Below, piece by piece: positions 8,911 to 18,995 of a stretch of 64,000 nucleotides of DNA. The translations under genes and the position numbers were made by a program. Where the stretch lies: positions 1,696,001 to 1,760,000 of the forward strand of contig CBDCYI010000005.1 in the NCBI GenBank assembly GCA_965224085.1. Reading direction: 5' to 3'. The stretch's first letter is position 1; each line of letters starts with the position of its first letter. Source of the DNA: Candidatus Marinacidobacterales bacterium (lineage in GTDB: Bacteria > Acidobacteriota > Vicinamibacteria > Marinacidobacterales > SMYC01). The notes beneath the pieces were generated by a model that saw nothing but the letters and a program-made list of their open reading frames with translations, searched no databases and was not told the DNA's origin.

Positions 8911-9663
8911 ATGTCTGGACATTCCAAGTGGCATTCCATCAAGCACAAGAAATCGGCGGTGGATGCCAAACGCGGTAAAGCGTTTACCGGGATCATCAAG
9001 GAAATCACTGTGGCCGCACGCATCGGCGGCGGCGACATAGAATTCAATCCTCGTCTTCGGCTCGCTGTCGACAAGGGCAAAGCGGCCAATATGCCGAAGG
9101 ACAACATCGAGCGTGCCATCAAAAAAGGCACGGGCGAGCTCGAAGGCTACAACCTCGAAGAAGTGCACTACGAAGGCTATGGTCCCGGGGGCGTTGCGGT
9201 CTTTATCGAAGCGACGACGGACAACAAGAACCGCACCGTGAGCGAAGTGCGCCATTTTTTTTCGAAATTTGGTGGCAATCTCGGTGAGTCCGGCTCAGTC
9301 AACTGGATGTTCGACAAGAGAGGCTACATCGTCGTCTCCCGGGAGAACGTAGACGAAGAGGTGCTTCTCGAAGCCGCCCTCGAAGCCGGCGCCGACGACG
9401 TCAATGAAGATGGCGGCCATTGGGAAGTCTTGACGCTCCCCGAAAGGTTTCAAGCCGTGCACGACGCCCTCACGGCGAAGAACATCAGCATCGAAGCCGA
9501 AGAGATCGCGATGATTCCCCAAACGAGCGTCAAGCTCACGGGCAAGCAAGCAAAGCAGATGCTGAAGCTCATGAACGCTCTCGAAGATCTCGAAGATCTG
9601 ACGAACGTGTGGGCCAACTTCGATATCGACGAAGAAGAGATCGAAGCCGCGATGTCCAAATAG
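8911..9663 (+). CDS. yebC: YebC/PmpR family protein
   Basis: [37 protein letters not shown]. Confidence 0.97.
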   Translation: MSGHSKWHSIKHKKSAVDAKRGKAFTGIIKEITVAARIGGGDIEFNPRLRLAVDKGKAANMPKDNIERAIKKGTGELEGYNLEEVHYEGYGPGGVAVFIEATTDNKNRTVSEVRHFFSKFGGNLGESGSVNWMFDKRGYIVVSRENVDEEVLLEAALEAGADDVNEDGGHWEVLTLPERFQAVHDALTAKNISIEAEEIAMIPQTSVKLTGKQAKQMLKLMNALEDLEDLTNVWANFDIDEEEIEAAMSK

Positions 9664-9679
9664 CCTCGGGCTCGAGCCA

Positions 9680-10177
9680 ATGAGGATTCTAGGGATCGAC
9701 CCTGGCTCTCAGGTCACCGGCTACGGCGTGATCGAGTCCGACGGCACGCGCACCGCTCTCGTGACCGAGGGTGTTATCCGGACGCGCTCGATGCGGAGCT
9801 TTCCGGAAAAGCTCCGACTCATCCACGATGGCATCGCGGAGGTGCTCGACGAGCAACGCCCCCGGCAGATGGTGGTCGAAGGCCTGTTCTATGCCATGAA
9901 CGTTAAGAGCGCCCTCAAGCTCGGTCATGTCCGCGGCGTCGCTCTTCTCGCCGGCGTGACGCGAGGCATCCCGGTTCACGAATATTCACCACTCGAGGTC
10001 AAGCTGGCCGTCGTCGGCTACGGGCGCGCCGACAAAGAGCAAGTACAGCGCATGGTTGCCGTGCTCCTCGGGCTAGAGCGCCCGCCTGAGCCTCACGATG
10101 CCGCCGACGCGCTCGCGATTGCCCTTTGCCACGCCCATCAGCTTCGCTTTGCCGCGAAAGTGTCGTCGTCCCCGTGA
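9680..10177 (+). CDS. ruvC: Holliday junction resolvase
   Basis: ILGIDPGS..TGYG, LKLGHVRG, VVGYGRADK, DAADALA. Confidence 0.97.
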   Translation: MRILGIDPGSQVTGYGVIESDGTRTALVTEGVIRTRSMRSFPEKLRLIHDGIAEVLDEQRPRQMVVEGLFYAMNVKSALKLGHVRGVALLAGVTRGIPVHEYSPLEVKLAVVGYGRADKEQVQRMVAVLLGLERPPEPHDAADALAIALCHAHQLRFAAKVSSSP

Positions 10178-10776
10178 TCTCCTATCTCGAAGGCAAGCTG
10201 CACGAGAAAAAACCCGACCACGTGGTCGTGCTCGCGGGCGGCGTTGGCTACAAAGTCTCGATCCCGGTATCGACCTATTACGAGCTGCCCAATCAAGGGG
10301 AGGGCGTAGCACTTCAGATCCACACCCATGTGCGTGAAGACACGTTCGCGCTTTACGGCTTCTTCTCTGGCAAAGAGCAGCTTTTGTTCCACCGTTTGAT
10401 TGGCGTCGCGGGGGTCGGTCCGTCGCTCGCGCTCAAAGTGATGTCGGGTCTCGAGCCACAGACGCTCATCGACTCGATCCGGCGCGGGGACCGCCGCCGT
10501 TTGAACGCGATCCCCGGCGTCGGCAAGAAAACGGCGGAGCGACTCATCCTCGAGCTTCGGGACAAGATGGCGGAAATTGCGGCTTACGATAGCGGCGCCC
10601 CTCGCGAGGACACGGGCCTAGCCTCTTCCCTCGGTGAGGATCTCATTTCGGCGCTCGTGAATCTCGGCTTCCCGAGGCCGCGATCCGAAAAAGCGGCTCT
10701 CACCGTCGCGCGCGACGAGCCTGAGCTGTCCTTCGAAGACGCGCTCAAAAGAGTACTGCGCGAGCTCTCCGGATAG
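10174..10776 (+). CDS. ruvA: Holliday junction DNA-binding protein
   Basis: GTG at 10174 overlaps the ruvC stop; ISYLEG, GGVGY, VRED..LYGF, GVGP, PGVGKKTAERL. Confidence 0.96.
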   Translation: MISYLEGKLHEKKPDHVVVLAGGVGYKVSIPVSTYYELPNQGEGVALQIHTHVREDTFALYGFFSGKEQLLFHRLIGVAGVGPSLALKVMSGLEPQTLIDSIRRGDRRRLNAIPGVGKKTAERLILELRDKMAEIAAYDSGAPREDTGLASSLGEDLISALVNLGFPRPRSEKAALTVARDEPELSFEDALKRVLRELSG

Positions 10777-12576
10777 ATGACGCCGCGCGCCGAGGTCAAA
10801 GAGCTCTACCAGAACCGGCTCGCGCAGAAGCAGGTGGAAGCTCGGGAGCAGCGAAACGTCGTTGCCCTGGTCGCTTACGCTCGGCTCGCGATCTTCGTCG
10901 CGGGCTTAGCACTTGCCTGGTTCGTCTTCGAGACGGAACAAGTGGCGTGGCCATGGCTTCTCATTCCCGTCATCGTGTTCTTTGGACTCCTTTATTGGCA
11001 CGGCGGTCTCTACGCGATGCTGCGGCGGACGGAGCGGGCGGCGAGCTTTTACCTGCGAGGCCTCGACCGTATATCGGATGCGTGGATGGGGAAGGGCCAT
11101 CAGGGCGCTTCCTTCGTCGACCCCAAACATCCTCATGCAGGCGATCTCGACATCTTTGGGGCGGCGTCGCTCTTCGAGCTTCTTGCCACGACGGGAAGCC
11201 CTTGGGGGGGGAAAAAGCTCGCGTCTTGGCTTCTCGCGCCGGCGAGCCCGGACATCGTGCGCGCGCGCCAGGCGGCGGTGGCTGAGCTCGCGCCGCTCGT
11301 CGATCTTCGAGAGAGCCTCGCGAGCGAGCACGACGTGCCCGCGGAGTCGGTCGACTCCAAGACACTTTCGAGCTGGGCCACCGAGCCGCCCGTGCTCACG
11401 TCGATGGTCGCGGGGAAGCTCGCGCTTATTCTTGGCGTGGCGTCGCTCATTGCCGGCGTCGGCTGGCTCGCGTCGTGGTGGACGCGGCTGCCTTTTCTTC
11501 TGCTGATTCTCGTGAGCGCATCCTTTGCTTTTTTATACCGGTCGCGCGTGCGCTCCGTGCTCGCGGCGGTCGAAGGCCCCGCGCGCGATCTCGGTGTCTT
11601 GTCGTCACTGCTCGAGCGGCTCGAAGGCGAGAGCTTCACCGCGCCGCGGCTCGTGTCGCTTCAGGGCGCCCTGACCTTCTCGGGATCTTCGACCGCCTCG
11701 AAACGCATCCGCGATCTCGGCCGCCTCATCGACTACCTCGACGCGCGCCGCAATCAGTTATTCCTGCCGTTCGCGGCGATCCTCCTTTGGGGCACCCAGT
11801 TCGCCTTCGCGATCGAGTCGTGGCGCCGCGACTCGGGGAGCGAAGTGGCGCGCTGGCTCGACGCGGTCGGGGAGCTCGACGCGCTTCTCGCGCTCGCGAC
11901 TTATGCCTTCGAGCATCCCGACGATCGCTTTCCGACGATTGTGGAGGATCGCGTCTTGTTCGATGCCGAAGGGATCGGGCATCCGCTGATACCCGAAGAT
12001 CGCGTCGTGCGCAACGACGTGCGCTTCGGCGGCGAGCTCCGGCTCCTCGTCATCTCGGGCTCGAACATGTCGGGGAAGAGCACTTTTCTGCGCGCCGTGG
12101 GTGTCAATACAGTGCTCGCGCTCGCGGGCGCGCCCGTTCGTGCGCGTAAGCTGACGCTCTCGCCTTTCGTCGTCGCCGCATCCATCCGGATCGTCGACTC
12201 GCTTCGAGACGGTATCTCACACTTCTATGCCGAGATCCTCCGGCTTCGACAAGTCATGGAGCTCTCCGGGGCGAAAGAAGGGACCGTTCTTTTCTTGCTC
12301 GACGAGATCCTACACGGGACGAATTCGCACGACCGTCGCATCGGCGCGGACGCGGTTGTGCGCGGTCTCGTCGATCGGGGCGCCGTCGGCTTCATCACGA
12401 CCCACGACCTCGCGCTCTCGAAGCTCGCCGAAGCGCTCGACGACCGAGCGATCAACGTGCATTTCGAGGACGAGATTATAGACGGCAAAGTCCACTTCGA
12501 CTACATCATACGGGACGGAGTCGTGAAGAAGAGCAATGCTCTCGATTTGATGCGCTCGATCGGGCTCGAAGTCTAA
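10777..12576 (+). CDS. Membrane-anchored MutS-like ATPase (domain V)
   Basis: Hydrophobic TM pairs; GHPLI, SGSNMSGKSTFLR Walker A, SHFYAE, LLDEILHGTN, TTHD; no mismatch-binding domain I. Confidence 0.88.
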   Translation: MTPRAEVKELYQNRLAQKQVEAREQRNVVALVAYARLAIFVAGLALAWFVFETEQVAWPWLLIPVIVFFGLLYWHGGLYAMLRRTERAASFYLRGLDRISDAWMGKGHQGASFVDPKHPHAGDLDIFGAASLFELLATTGSPWGGKKLASWLLAPASPDIVRARQAAVAELAPLVDLRESLASEHDVPAESVDSKTLSSWATEPPVLTSMVAGKLALILGVASLIAGVGWLASWWTRLPFLLLILVSASFAFLYRSRVRSVLAAVEGPARDLGVLSSLLERLEGESFTAPRLVSLQGALTFSGSSTASKRIRDLGRLIDYLDARRNQLFLPFAAILLWGTQFAFAIESWRRDSGSEVARWLDAVGELDALLALATYAFEHPDDRFPTIVEDRVLFDAEGIGHPLIPEDRVVRNDVRFGGELRLLVISGSNMSGKSTFLRAVGVNTVLALAGAPVRARKLTLSPFVVAASIRIVDSLRDGISHFYAEILRLRQVMELSGAKEGTVLFLLDEILHGTNSHDRRIGADAVVRGLVDRGAVGFITTHDLALSKLAEALDDRAINVHFEDEIIDGKVHFDYIIRDGVVKKSNALDLMRSIGLEV

Positions 12577-12608
12577 TCCCGCCTGGATGAGGTAGACTTT
12601 CTCGAAAC

Positions 12609-13625
12609 ATGGCTGATCGATTGGTGTCTCTAGGGCCCACCGACGAGGATCGCTCCCTCGATGTGAGCCTCCGGCCGCGCGGCTTTTCTGAATATATCGG
12701 CCAAAAGAAGGTGCTGGCGCAGCTCGAGATCGCGGTGCAAGCGGCGCGCGAGCGGGACGAAGCGATGGACCATCTTTTGACCTACGGGCCGCCCGGCCTC
12801 GGCAAAACAACGCTCGCCCACGTCGTGGCCAACGAGCTCGGCGTCAACATTAGGACGACGGCGGGGCCCCTCGTCGAGAAATCCGGGGACCTCGTGGCGC
12901 TTTTGACGAATCTCGAAACGCGCGACGTGCTCTTCATCGACGAGATCCACCGCCTCCATCCTTCGATCGAGGAAGTGCTCTACCCGGCGATGGAGGATTT
13001 CAAGCTCGACATCATCATCGGCCAAGGGCCCTCGGCAAAGTCGGTGAGGATTCCCGTCTCGCCGTTCACGCTCATCGGCGCCACGACGCGTGCGGGCCTT
13101 TTGACCTCGCCTCTCCGCTCGCGCTTCGGTATCGTGCACCGCCTCGACTTCTACACCGTGGCGGATTTGACGGCAGTCATCGAGCGCTCAGCAACGATCC
13201 TCGGTGTCTCGTGCCAAAGAGAGGCGGCCGTCTCTCTCTCGAAGCGCTCACGAGGCACGCCGCGTATCGCGAACCGACTTCTGCGCCGTGTGAGGGATTA
13301 CGCGCAGGTCAAAGCGGACGGGACGATCACCGAAAACGTCGCCTCGGAAGCGCTCGCGCTTCTCGAAGTCGACGAGCTTGGCTTCGACGAGATGGACCGC
13401 AGCATCCTTCAAACCATCATGGAGAAGTTCTCCGGCGGTCCCGTCGGCCTTTCCACCATAGCGGCCGTCGTCGGGGAAGAGCCGGATACGATCGAGGACA
13501 TCTACGAGCCTTATCTCATCCAGATCGGTTTTCTCGATCGCACCCCGCGCGGGCGCGTCGCTACGGAGCGGGCCTATCGCCACTTCGGGCTCACACCTAT
13601 GGATCGGCAGAAACGCCTCTTCTGA
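12609..13625 (+). CDS. ruvB: Holliday junction branch migration helicase
   Basis: [47 protein letters not shown]. Confidence 0.98.
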   Translation: MADRLVSLGPTDEDRSLDVSLRPRGFSEYIGQKKVLAQLEIAVQAARERDEAMDHLLTYGPPGLGKTTLAHVVANELGVNIRTTAGPLVEKSGDLVALLTNLETRDVLFIDEIHRLHPSIEEVLYPAMEDFKLDIIIGQGPSAKSVRIPVSPFTLIGATTRAGLLTSPLRSRFGIVHRLDFYTVADLTAVIERSATILGVSCQREAAVSLSKRSRGTPRIANRLLRRVRDYAQVKADGTITENVASEALALLEVDELGFDEMDRSILQTIMEKFSGGPVGLSTIAAVVGEEPDTIEDIYEPYLIQIGFLDRTPRGRVATERAYRHFGLTPMDRQKRLF

Positions 13626-13629
13626 CGTC

Positions 13630-14652
13630 TTGAAACTCTCCGAGTTCGACTACGAGCTCCCGCCGGAGCTCATCGCGCAAGAACCTTTGGCCGAGCGCGA
13701 TGCCTCTCGGCTGCTGCACATGTTGCCTGGGAGCTTCGAGCATCGGCGCTTCGACGCTCTTCCCGATCTTCTCGAGCCGGGTGACGTGCTCGTCGTCAAC
13801 GAGACGAAGGTCTTTCCGGCGCGCCTCATCGGTACCAGCGCGAGCATCGGCAGCGTCGAGCTCTTGCTGCTCGAGGATCTCGGCGACACCCACTGGCGCG
13901 TCCTCGCCAAGCCCGCCCGCAAGATACGTTTGGGCGCCACGCTCACTTTTGGGGACGGCCGTCTCGCCGCCGAGGTCGTGGACACTGAATCTGGCGCGTT
14001 GGTAGTCCGCTTCGAGCATGAAGGTGCCTTCGCCGACGTCATCGACGGGCTCGGAACGACGCCCCTTCCGCCTTACATCCATTGGAGCGCGAGCGATGAC
14101 GAGCGCGCGACCCGCGGACGCTATCAGACCGTCTACGCCACCAACCGCGGTTCCGTTGCGGCTCCGACGGCGGGACTACATTTCACCGACGACATCTTGA
14201 GGCGTCTTGCCGAGCGCAACATCGAGGTAGCGCGGCTCACCCTCCACATTGGATACGCGACCTTCGAGCCCATTCGCACCGACATCGTCGAGGAGCACGC
14301 GATGGGCGTCGAGCGTTTCCACGTTCCGCGCGAGACCGCCGAGCTCGTGCGCTCGGGCCGAACGGTCGTTGCCGTCGGTACGACCTCGGTGCGCGCGCTC
14401 GAATCGGGCGCCCGCATCGACTTTTCGCCCGGCTGGCACGAGACCGACCTTTTCATCACGCCAGGATTCGAGTTCCGCGTCGTGCGCGGGCTCGTTACGA
14501 ACTTTCATCTTCCGAAGAGCTCTCTTCTTCTGCTCGTCTCGGCGCTCGGCGGTACCGACCGCGTGCGCGCCGCCTATCGCGAAGCGGTGAAGGAACGCTA
14601 TCGCTTTTACAGCTACGGCGACTGCATGCTGCTCCCGCCCGCTCGGCTATAA
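13630..14652 (+). CDS. queA: tRNA preQ1(34) S-adenosylmethionine ribosyltransferase-isomerase
   Basis: FDYELPPELIAQ, PLPPYI, YQTVYA, GSVAAPTAGLHF, TNFHLPKS, FYSYGD. Confidence 0.97.
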   Translation: MKLSEFDYELPPELIAQEPLAERDASRLLHMLPGSFEHRRFDALPDLLEPGDVLVVNETKVFPARLIGTSASIGSVELLLLEDLGDTHWRVLAKPARKIRLGATLTFGDGRLAAEVVDTESGALVVRFEHEGAFADVIDGLGTTPLPPYIHWSASDDERATRGRYQTVYATNRGSVAAPTAGLHFTDDILRRLAERNIEVARLTLHIGYATFEPIRTDIVEEHAMGVERFHVPRETAELVRSGRTVVAVGTTSVRALESGARIDFSPGWHETDLFITPGFEFRVVRGLVTNFHLPKSSLLLLVSALGGTDRVRAAYREAVKERYRFYSYGDCMLLPPARL

Positions 14653-14659
14653 TTCGCTG

Positions 14660-15232
14660 ATGGACCGCGAGCAATTACTCTCCGTGGTGGAAGAGAGCGC
14701 CGCGCTCAAGCGTGCTTTCTTCGATTCGGGAGCGGATTCTGTTTTGGAGGTGGGCCGCCGTCTCGCCCAAGCGCTCTCGGATGGCCACAAGCTTCTCGTC
14801 TTCGGCAATGGCGGGAGCGCTGCCGACGCGCAACATTTCGCGGCCGAGCTCGTCAATCGCTTCGTGAACGACCGGCCCGCGCTTCCCGCGATCGCGCTGA
14901 CCACCGACACGTCCGTTTTGACGAGCATCGCGAACGACGGCGACTATGACGCCGTATTTAGCCGGCAGATCGAAGCTCTCGGCGCCGAAGGGGACGTCGC
15001 GGTCGCGATCAGCACGAGCGGCAACTCGCCGAACGTACTGAAAGCAGTCGCCGTCGCGCGTGAGAAAGGGCTGACGACGGTAGGCCTCGCGGGCCATGAC
15101 GGAGGCAAGCTCGGCGCGATCGTCGATCAGTGTTTGATAGTGGATCATCCCGAGACGGCGCGCATCCAGGAAGTGCACGGCATGCTGATCCACGTTTTTT
15201 GTCAAATCATCGAAGACGAGCTCTTCCCATGA
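14660..15232 (+). CDS. gmhA: D-sedoheptulose-7-phosphate isomerase
   Basis: GNGGSAADAQHFAAEL, ISTSGNSPN, RIQEVH. Confidence 0.95.
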   Translation: MDREQLLSVVEESAALKRAFFDSGADSVLEVGRRLAQALSDGHKLLVFGNGGSAADAQHFAAELVNRFVNDRPALPAIALTTDTSVLTSIANDGDYDAVFSRQIEALGAEGDVAVAISTSGNSPNVLKAVAVAREKGLTTVGLAGHDGGKLGAIVDQCLIVDHPETARIQEVHGMLIHVFCQIIEDELFP

Positions 15233-16176
15233 CTTCGAAATATTCCGTCAAGCCACTCGACCTCGATGGTCTCGACACCTATCCGCTCGCTTCGCGAAAA
15301 AGCAAAGTAGGCCGCGAGCAGCTCGGAAAACCCATTTCAGAAGAGGCGACCTTCCGCGAGTTTTGGGATGGGCTCCCCGATATCCTCGCCGCGAGCGACT
15401 TGCGCGAGCTGGTGAAGCGGATGCATAGCGCGCGCGAGAGCGAGCGCGCGCTCGTTTGGGGACTCGGCGCTCATGTCATCAAAGTCGGCCTCTCGCCCCT
15501 TCTCATCGACTTGATGGATCGCGGCTTCGTATCCGGTCTCGCGCTCAACGGCGCGGGCATCATTCACGATTTCGAGCTCGCGATGGTGGGCCAAACTTCT
15601 GAAGAAGTTGCCGACGGTCTCGGCGAAGGCAAGTTCGGGATGGCCGAAGAAACAGGGGCGCTTTTGAATGAAGCGACCCGGAAGGGTGTCGAGACCGGGC
15701 TCGGTCTCGGTGAAGCCATCGGCGTGCTCCTCCACGAGCAGGACCCTCCGCACAAAGAGACGAGCCTTCTTTGGAACGCTTACCGTCTCGGCATCCCCGT
15801 CACCGTGCACGTTGCGGTGGGGACGGACATCATCCACATGCACCCGCAAGCTTCGGGCGCGGCCATTGGCGAAGCCAGTCTGCACGACTTCAAGCTCTTT
15901 GCCGGGGTGGTTCGAGGACTAAATGGCGGCGGGGTCTACTTGAATATCGGCTCGGCGGTGCTTCTACCCGAAGTGTTCCTGAAAGCGGTGAGCGTCGTGC
16001 GAAACCTCGGGCACTCTTTGACCGATTTCTCGACGGCCAATTTCGATTTCATTCGCCACTACCGGCCGCGCGTCAACGTCGTAGAGCGGCCCGTGACCGG
16101 CTCGGGCCGAGGCTTCGAGTTCGTCGGCCACCACGAGCTCATGCTCCCTTTGCTGATTCAGGGTTTGAGCGTATGA
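15229..16176 (+). CDS. Deoxyhypusine synthase-like conserved protein
   Basis: ATG overlaps the gmhA stop (ATGA); GAHVIKVG, IHDFE...G.TSE, FGMAEETG, GSAVLLPEVF, GHHE. Confidence 0.65.
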   Translation: MTSKYSVKPLDLDGLDTYPLASRKSKVGREQLGKPISEEATFREFWDGLPDILAASDLRELVKRMHSARESERALVWGLGAHVIKVGLSPLLIDLMDRGFVSGLALNGAGIIHDFELAMVGQTSEEVADGLGEGKFGMAEETGALLNEATRKGVETGLGLGEAIGVLLHEQDPPHKETSLLWNAYRLGIPVTVHVAVGTDIIHMHPQASGAAIGEASLHDFKLFAGVVRGLNGGGVYLNIGSAVLLPEVFLKAVSVVRNLGHSLTDFSTANFDFIRHYRPRVNVVERPVTGSGRGFEFVGHHELMLPLLIQGLSV

Positions 16177-16242
16177 AGGGCGGGCAATTCATGGCCGCGT
16201 CCCGGGTGCCGCGACGCACTTGCTGATTCAAGGGCGCAACAT

Positions 16243-17523
16243 CTAAAGAATCTTGAACCGGAGGAAAAACCCGTAGCTCTTGGGTCGCTCGCCATAGACG
16301 AAGAGAAGATCGTCCGGCACCCAGTGAAGGCTTCCGTAAGCTCCAGCTCCGATGCTCAGGTGCTGAAGCTGCAAGAAATCCATGACGTAGCCGGCATTCA
16401 ACTTGCTTACCTGGTAGACGAGCTGGTGACGCCGGTCGCTGCTTCTGAAGAGCTCGTCCTTCTCGGCAAACTCCCACCGCGCGAACAAGCTATGCGCTCC
16501 CGCGAAGCGCCACCCCGTCTCTACTAAAAAGGCGCTCCTCGTCGGTTGGACGCCGGGCGTGAAATGGATGTGGAACGAAGCGGGCAGAACTTGAGGGGCG
16601 ACCGGCTCGTCCCACTTGTTGCGGCCCCAAGCTATTGTCGTCTGCCAGTTCCCTTGCGGCAGAGGCCGGTTGTAGGTGGCCGAGGCGGTCATACGCAGAA
16701 GGTCTTGCCCCGGATGTAGAATCTCGGGCTCCTGCAAGAGCCCCAAGCTTCCTTGGAGCGACCAATTCGGAGAAGGGTTCACCGTCATCCTCGCGGAGAA
16801 CGAGTCGAGACGAATGGGATCGACGTCCCATCGATTCGCATCGGGCTCGCGGCCATTGAACAACGAACCTTCGAGTTTGACCTTTTTGGCGCGGCTCCAG
16901 CCAAAGGTCGAAACGCCGTAAGAGATGTGCGTGGCGTCGAGCCAGTGATGTGCGATAGGGGCGACAGGGTTCTCCACGGCTGCGGCGCGATGCATGAATG
17001 CCGTCGGACCGATGGCCGGATCGCCCACAGGCGCGAAGTAGAAGAAAATCTCGTCCGTCTTGGTAACGGGCCGCCGGTAGCGCATCGAGACCTCCATCAG
17101 CACGTCGTGCGGGTGCTGGCGGTCGTAGAGCGGGTTCCTGCCGTCCGCGGTCTCACCGGTTTGGAGCAGCAAACGATAGCCTTCACTTCCTAGCATGGGC
17201 TCGAGCGAGGCCATGAACCGGATCCCGAAACCGCCGCGATTAGCGGAGAACATCGCCATGTTGGTGCTGAACCCGTCCGACCTGCCGCGAGGGTCTGACT
17301 CTTTTTGATAGGCGAAGTTGGCAAAGCCGTGCACCATGAAGGCCCACTCATCCGAGCTGAAGTGAAGACCTTCCATCGGCGAAGAAGCCGGCTGCCAGCT
17401 CGTGCCCGATCCTTCGCGCGGCCGCTCGTGTTCGTTCGAGACACCGTGCTCATGCTCCTGCGCGTTTGCGTGCGGGACGATTAGAAGGAGAAGACCCAGT
17501 ACGCCGGGTTGAATATGTGTCAT
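16243..17523 (-). CDS. Exported His-rich putative outer-membrane beta-barrel protein
   Basis: Signal peptide (ANA-Q), HEHG..EHE, GSGTSWQP, DRQHPHD, HHWLDATH, amphipathic C-terminal strand GFFLRFKI. Confidence 0.7.
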   Translation of the reverse strand: MTHIQPGVLGLLLLIVPHANAQEHEHGVSNEHERPREGSGTSWQPASSPMEGLHFSSDEWAFMVHGFANFAYQKESDPRGRSDGFSTNMAMFSANRGGFGIRFMASLEPMLGSEGYRLLLQTGETADGRNPLYDRQHPHDVLMEVSMRYRRPVTKTDEIFFYFAPVGDPAIGPTAFMHRAAAVENPVAPIAHHWLDATHISYGVSTFGWSRAKKVKLEGSLFNGREPDANRWDVDPIRLDSFSARMTVNPSPNWSLQGSLGLLQEPEILHPGQDLLRMTASATYNRPLPQGNWQTTIAWGRNKWDEPVAPQVLPASFHIHFTPGVQPTRSAFLVETGWRFAGAHSLFARWEFAEKDELFRSSDRRHQLVYQVSKLNAGYVMDFLQLQHLSIGAGAYGSLHWVPDDLLFVYGERPKSYGFFLRFKIL

Positions 17524-17567
17524 CGAATACAGGCTACGCACTATTATATAACTCGCGAAACGGAGGT

Positions 17568-17975
17568 ATGCATTTCATGGTGGAGCGAAAAGCGGTCGGA
17601 AGTGGCGTCTCCTGGGAAGAGGAATTCGGCTATTCCCGTGCGGTCCGTGTGGGCGACCGCATTGTCGTCTCAGGAACGACCGCGACCGGCCCGGAAGGGC
17701 TCGTGGCGCGAGGGGACGCGGCGGGCCAGGCGCGCTATGCGCTCGACAAGATCGAAAAAGCCATCAACGCGCTCGGCGGTACGCTCGGCGACGTCGTGCG
17801 CACGCGCATCTTCGTGGCCAGCGTGGACGACTGGAAAGCCATCGCTTCCGTCCACGGTGAGCGCTTCGGCAAGATCCGCCCCGCGAACACGCTCGTCCGC
17901 GCCGACCTCATCGGCGAAGAATATCTCGTCGAGATCGAAGCCGAAGCCGTCGTCGGCAGCGCGACCTCGGAATGA
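17568..17975 (+). CDS. RidA/YjgF family protein
   Basis: WE..GYSRAVRVG..VSGTT, DVVRTR, RPANT, LVEIEAEA; start may be 17577. Confidence 0.9.
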   Translation: MHFMVERKAVGSGVSWEEEFGYSRAVRVGDRIVVSGTTATGPEGLVARGDAAGQARYALDKIEKAINALGGTLGDVVRTRIFVASVDDWKAIASVHGERFGKIRPANTLVRADLIGEEYLVEIEAEAVVGSATSE

Positions 17976-18982
17976 GCGAGCCCATCCGCTTCAGTCTTCG
18001 TCTCAATAACGACCTTCCGCTCGGCGACTATGTGGAGCTGGCCCGCGCCGCGGAAGTGTCGGGCTTCGATCAGTTCTGGGTGAGCAACGATCTCTTCATC
18101 AAGAGCTCGCCCGTCATCCTCGCGGCCGTCGCGACGGCGACGACGCGCATCGGTCTCGGCACGTGCATCTTGAATCCCTATACGATCGACCCGAGCGAGA
18201 TCGCGATGATCGCAGCGAGCCTCGACGAGCTCAGCGGGAGCCGTTTTCATCTCGGCCTCGCCGCGGGCGCACGGGACTTCGTCAACTGGGTCAGCATCGA
18301 GCACCGAAGCCCGCTCGCGGCCGTGCGCGAGTCGGTGGCCGTGATCCGGAAGCTTCTCGCGGGAGAGAAAGCGGTCCTCGACGGAAAATACTTGAAGTGG
18401 ACCGATGAAGCTTACTTGAGGTTCGAGGCGCCCCGCGTCACCCCGATCTATATCGGCGCGCTCGGACCGAAGATGCTCCGCCTTACCGGCGAGATCGCCG
18501 ACGGCGCGCTTCCGCTCCTCTTCCCGCCGGAGCACTATTTCACCGTGCGCGATCTTCTCGCCGAAGGCGCGCGCGAGCGTGAGGCCGCTTTGGGAGAGCT
18601 CGACTTTGCCGCATGCATCTGGGTATCGCTCTCTCCAAATAGCGACGCCGCGCGCCGCGCGATCGCGGAAAAGATCGCCTATTACGGCTCGGCGCTTTCA
18701 CCGCTCATCCTCGAGCGGCTCGACCTGACCCGGAAGGACTTTGCCGAAATCGAGCACGCGGTCGTGCAGGAGCGCGACATGGACAAAGCGTGCGCGCTCG
18801 TCGACGATCGCATGCTCCGCATCGGCGTGACCGGCGCGCCGCGTGAGCTCATCCCGAGGCTCGAGGCCCTCGTCGAAGCCGGCGCCCGTCATTTGAGCTT
18901 CGGACCGCCGCTCGGCCCCGATCCTCTCGAAGCGGTAAAGCTCCTCGGCCGCGAAGTGCTTCCCTACTTCCGCCGCGGGTGA
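17972..18982 (+). CDS. LLM-class flavin/F420-dependent oxidoreductase (Mer-like)
   Basis: [46 protein letters not shown]. Confidence 0.85.
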   Translation: MSEPIRFSLRLNNDLPLGDYVELARAAEVSGFDQFWVSNDLFIKSSPVILAAVATATTRIGLGTCILNPYTIDPSEIAMIAASLDELSGSRFHLGLAAGARDFVNWVSIEHRSPLAAVRESVAVIRKLLAGEKAVLDGKYLKWTDEAYLRFEAPRVTPIYIGALGPKMLRLTGEIADGALPLLFPPEHYFTVRDLLAEGAREREAALGELDFAACIWVSLSPNSDAARRAIAEKIAYYGSALSPLILERLDLTRKDFAEIEHAVVQERDMDKACALVDDRMLRIGVTGAPRELIPRLEALVEAGARHLSFGPPLGPDPLEAVKLLGREVLPYFRRG

Positions 18983-18995
18983 CAAGATTGATGTA

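Noticed and set aside
10777-12576. Canonical mismatch-repair MutS or MutS2
   Set aside because: It lacks the mismatch-binding, clamp and Smr domains and has TM segments.
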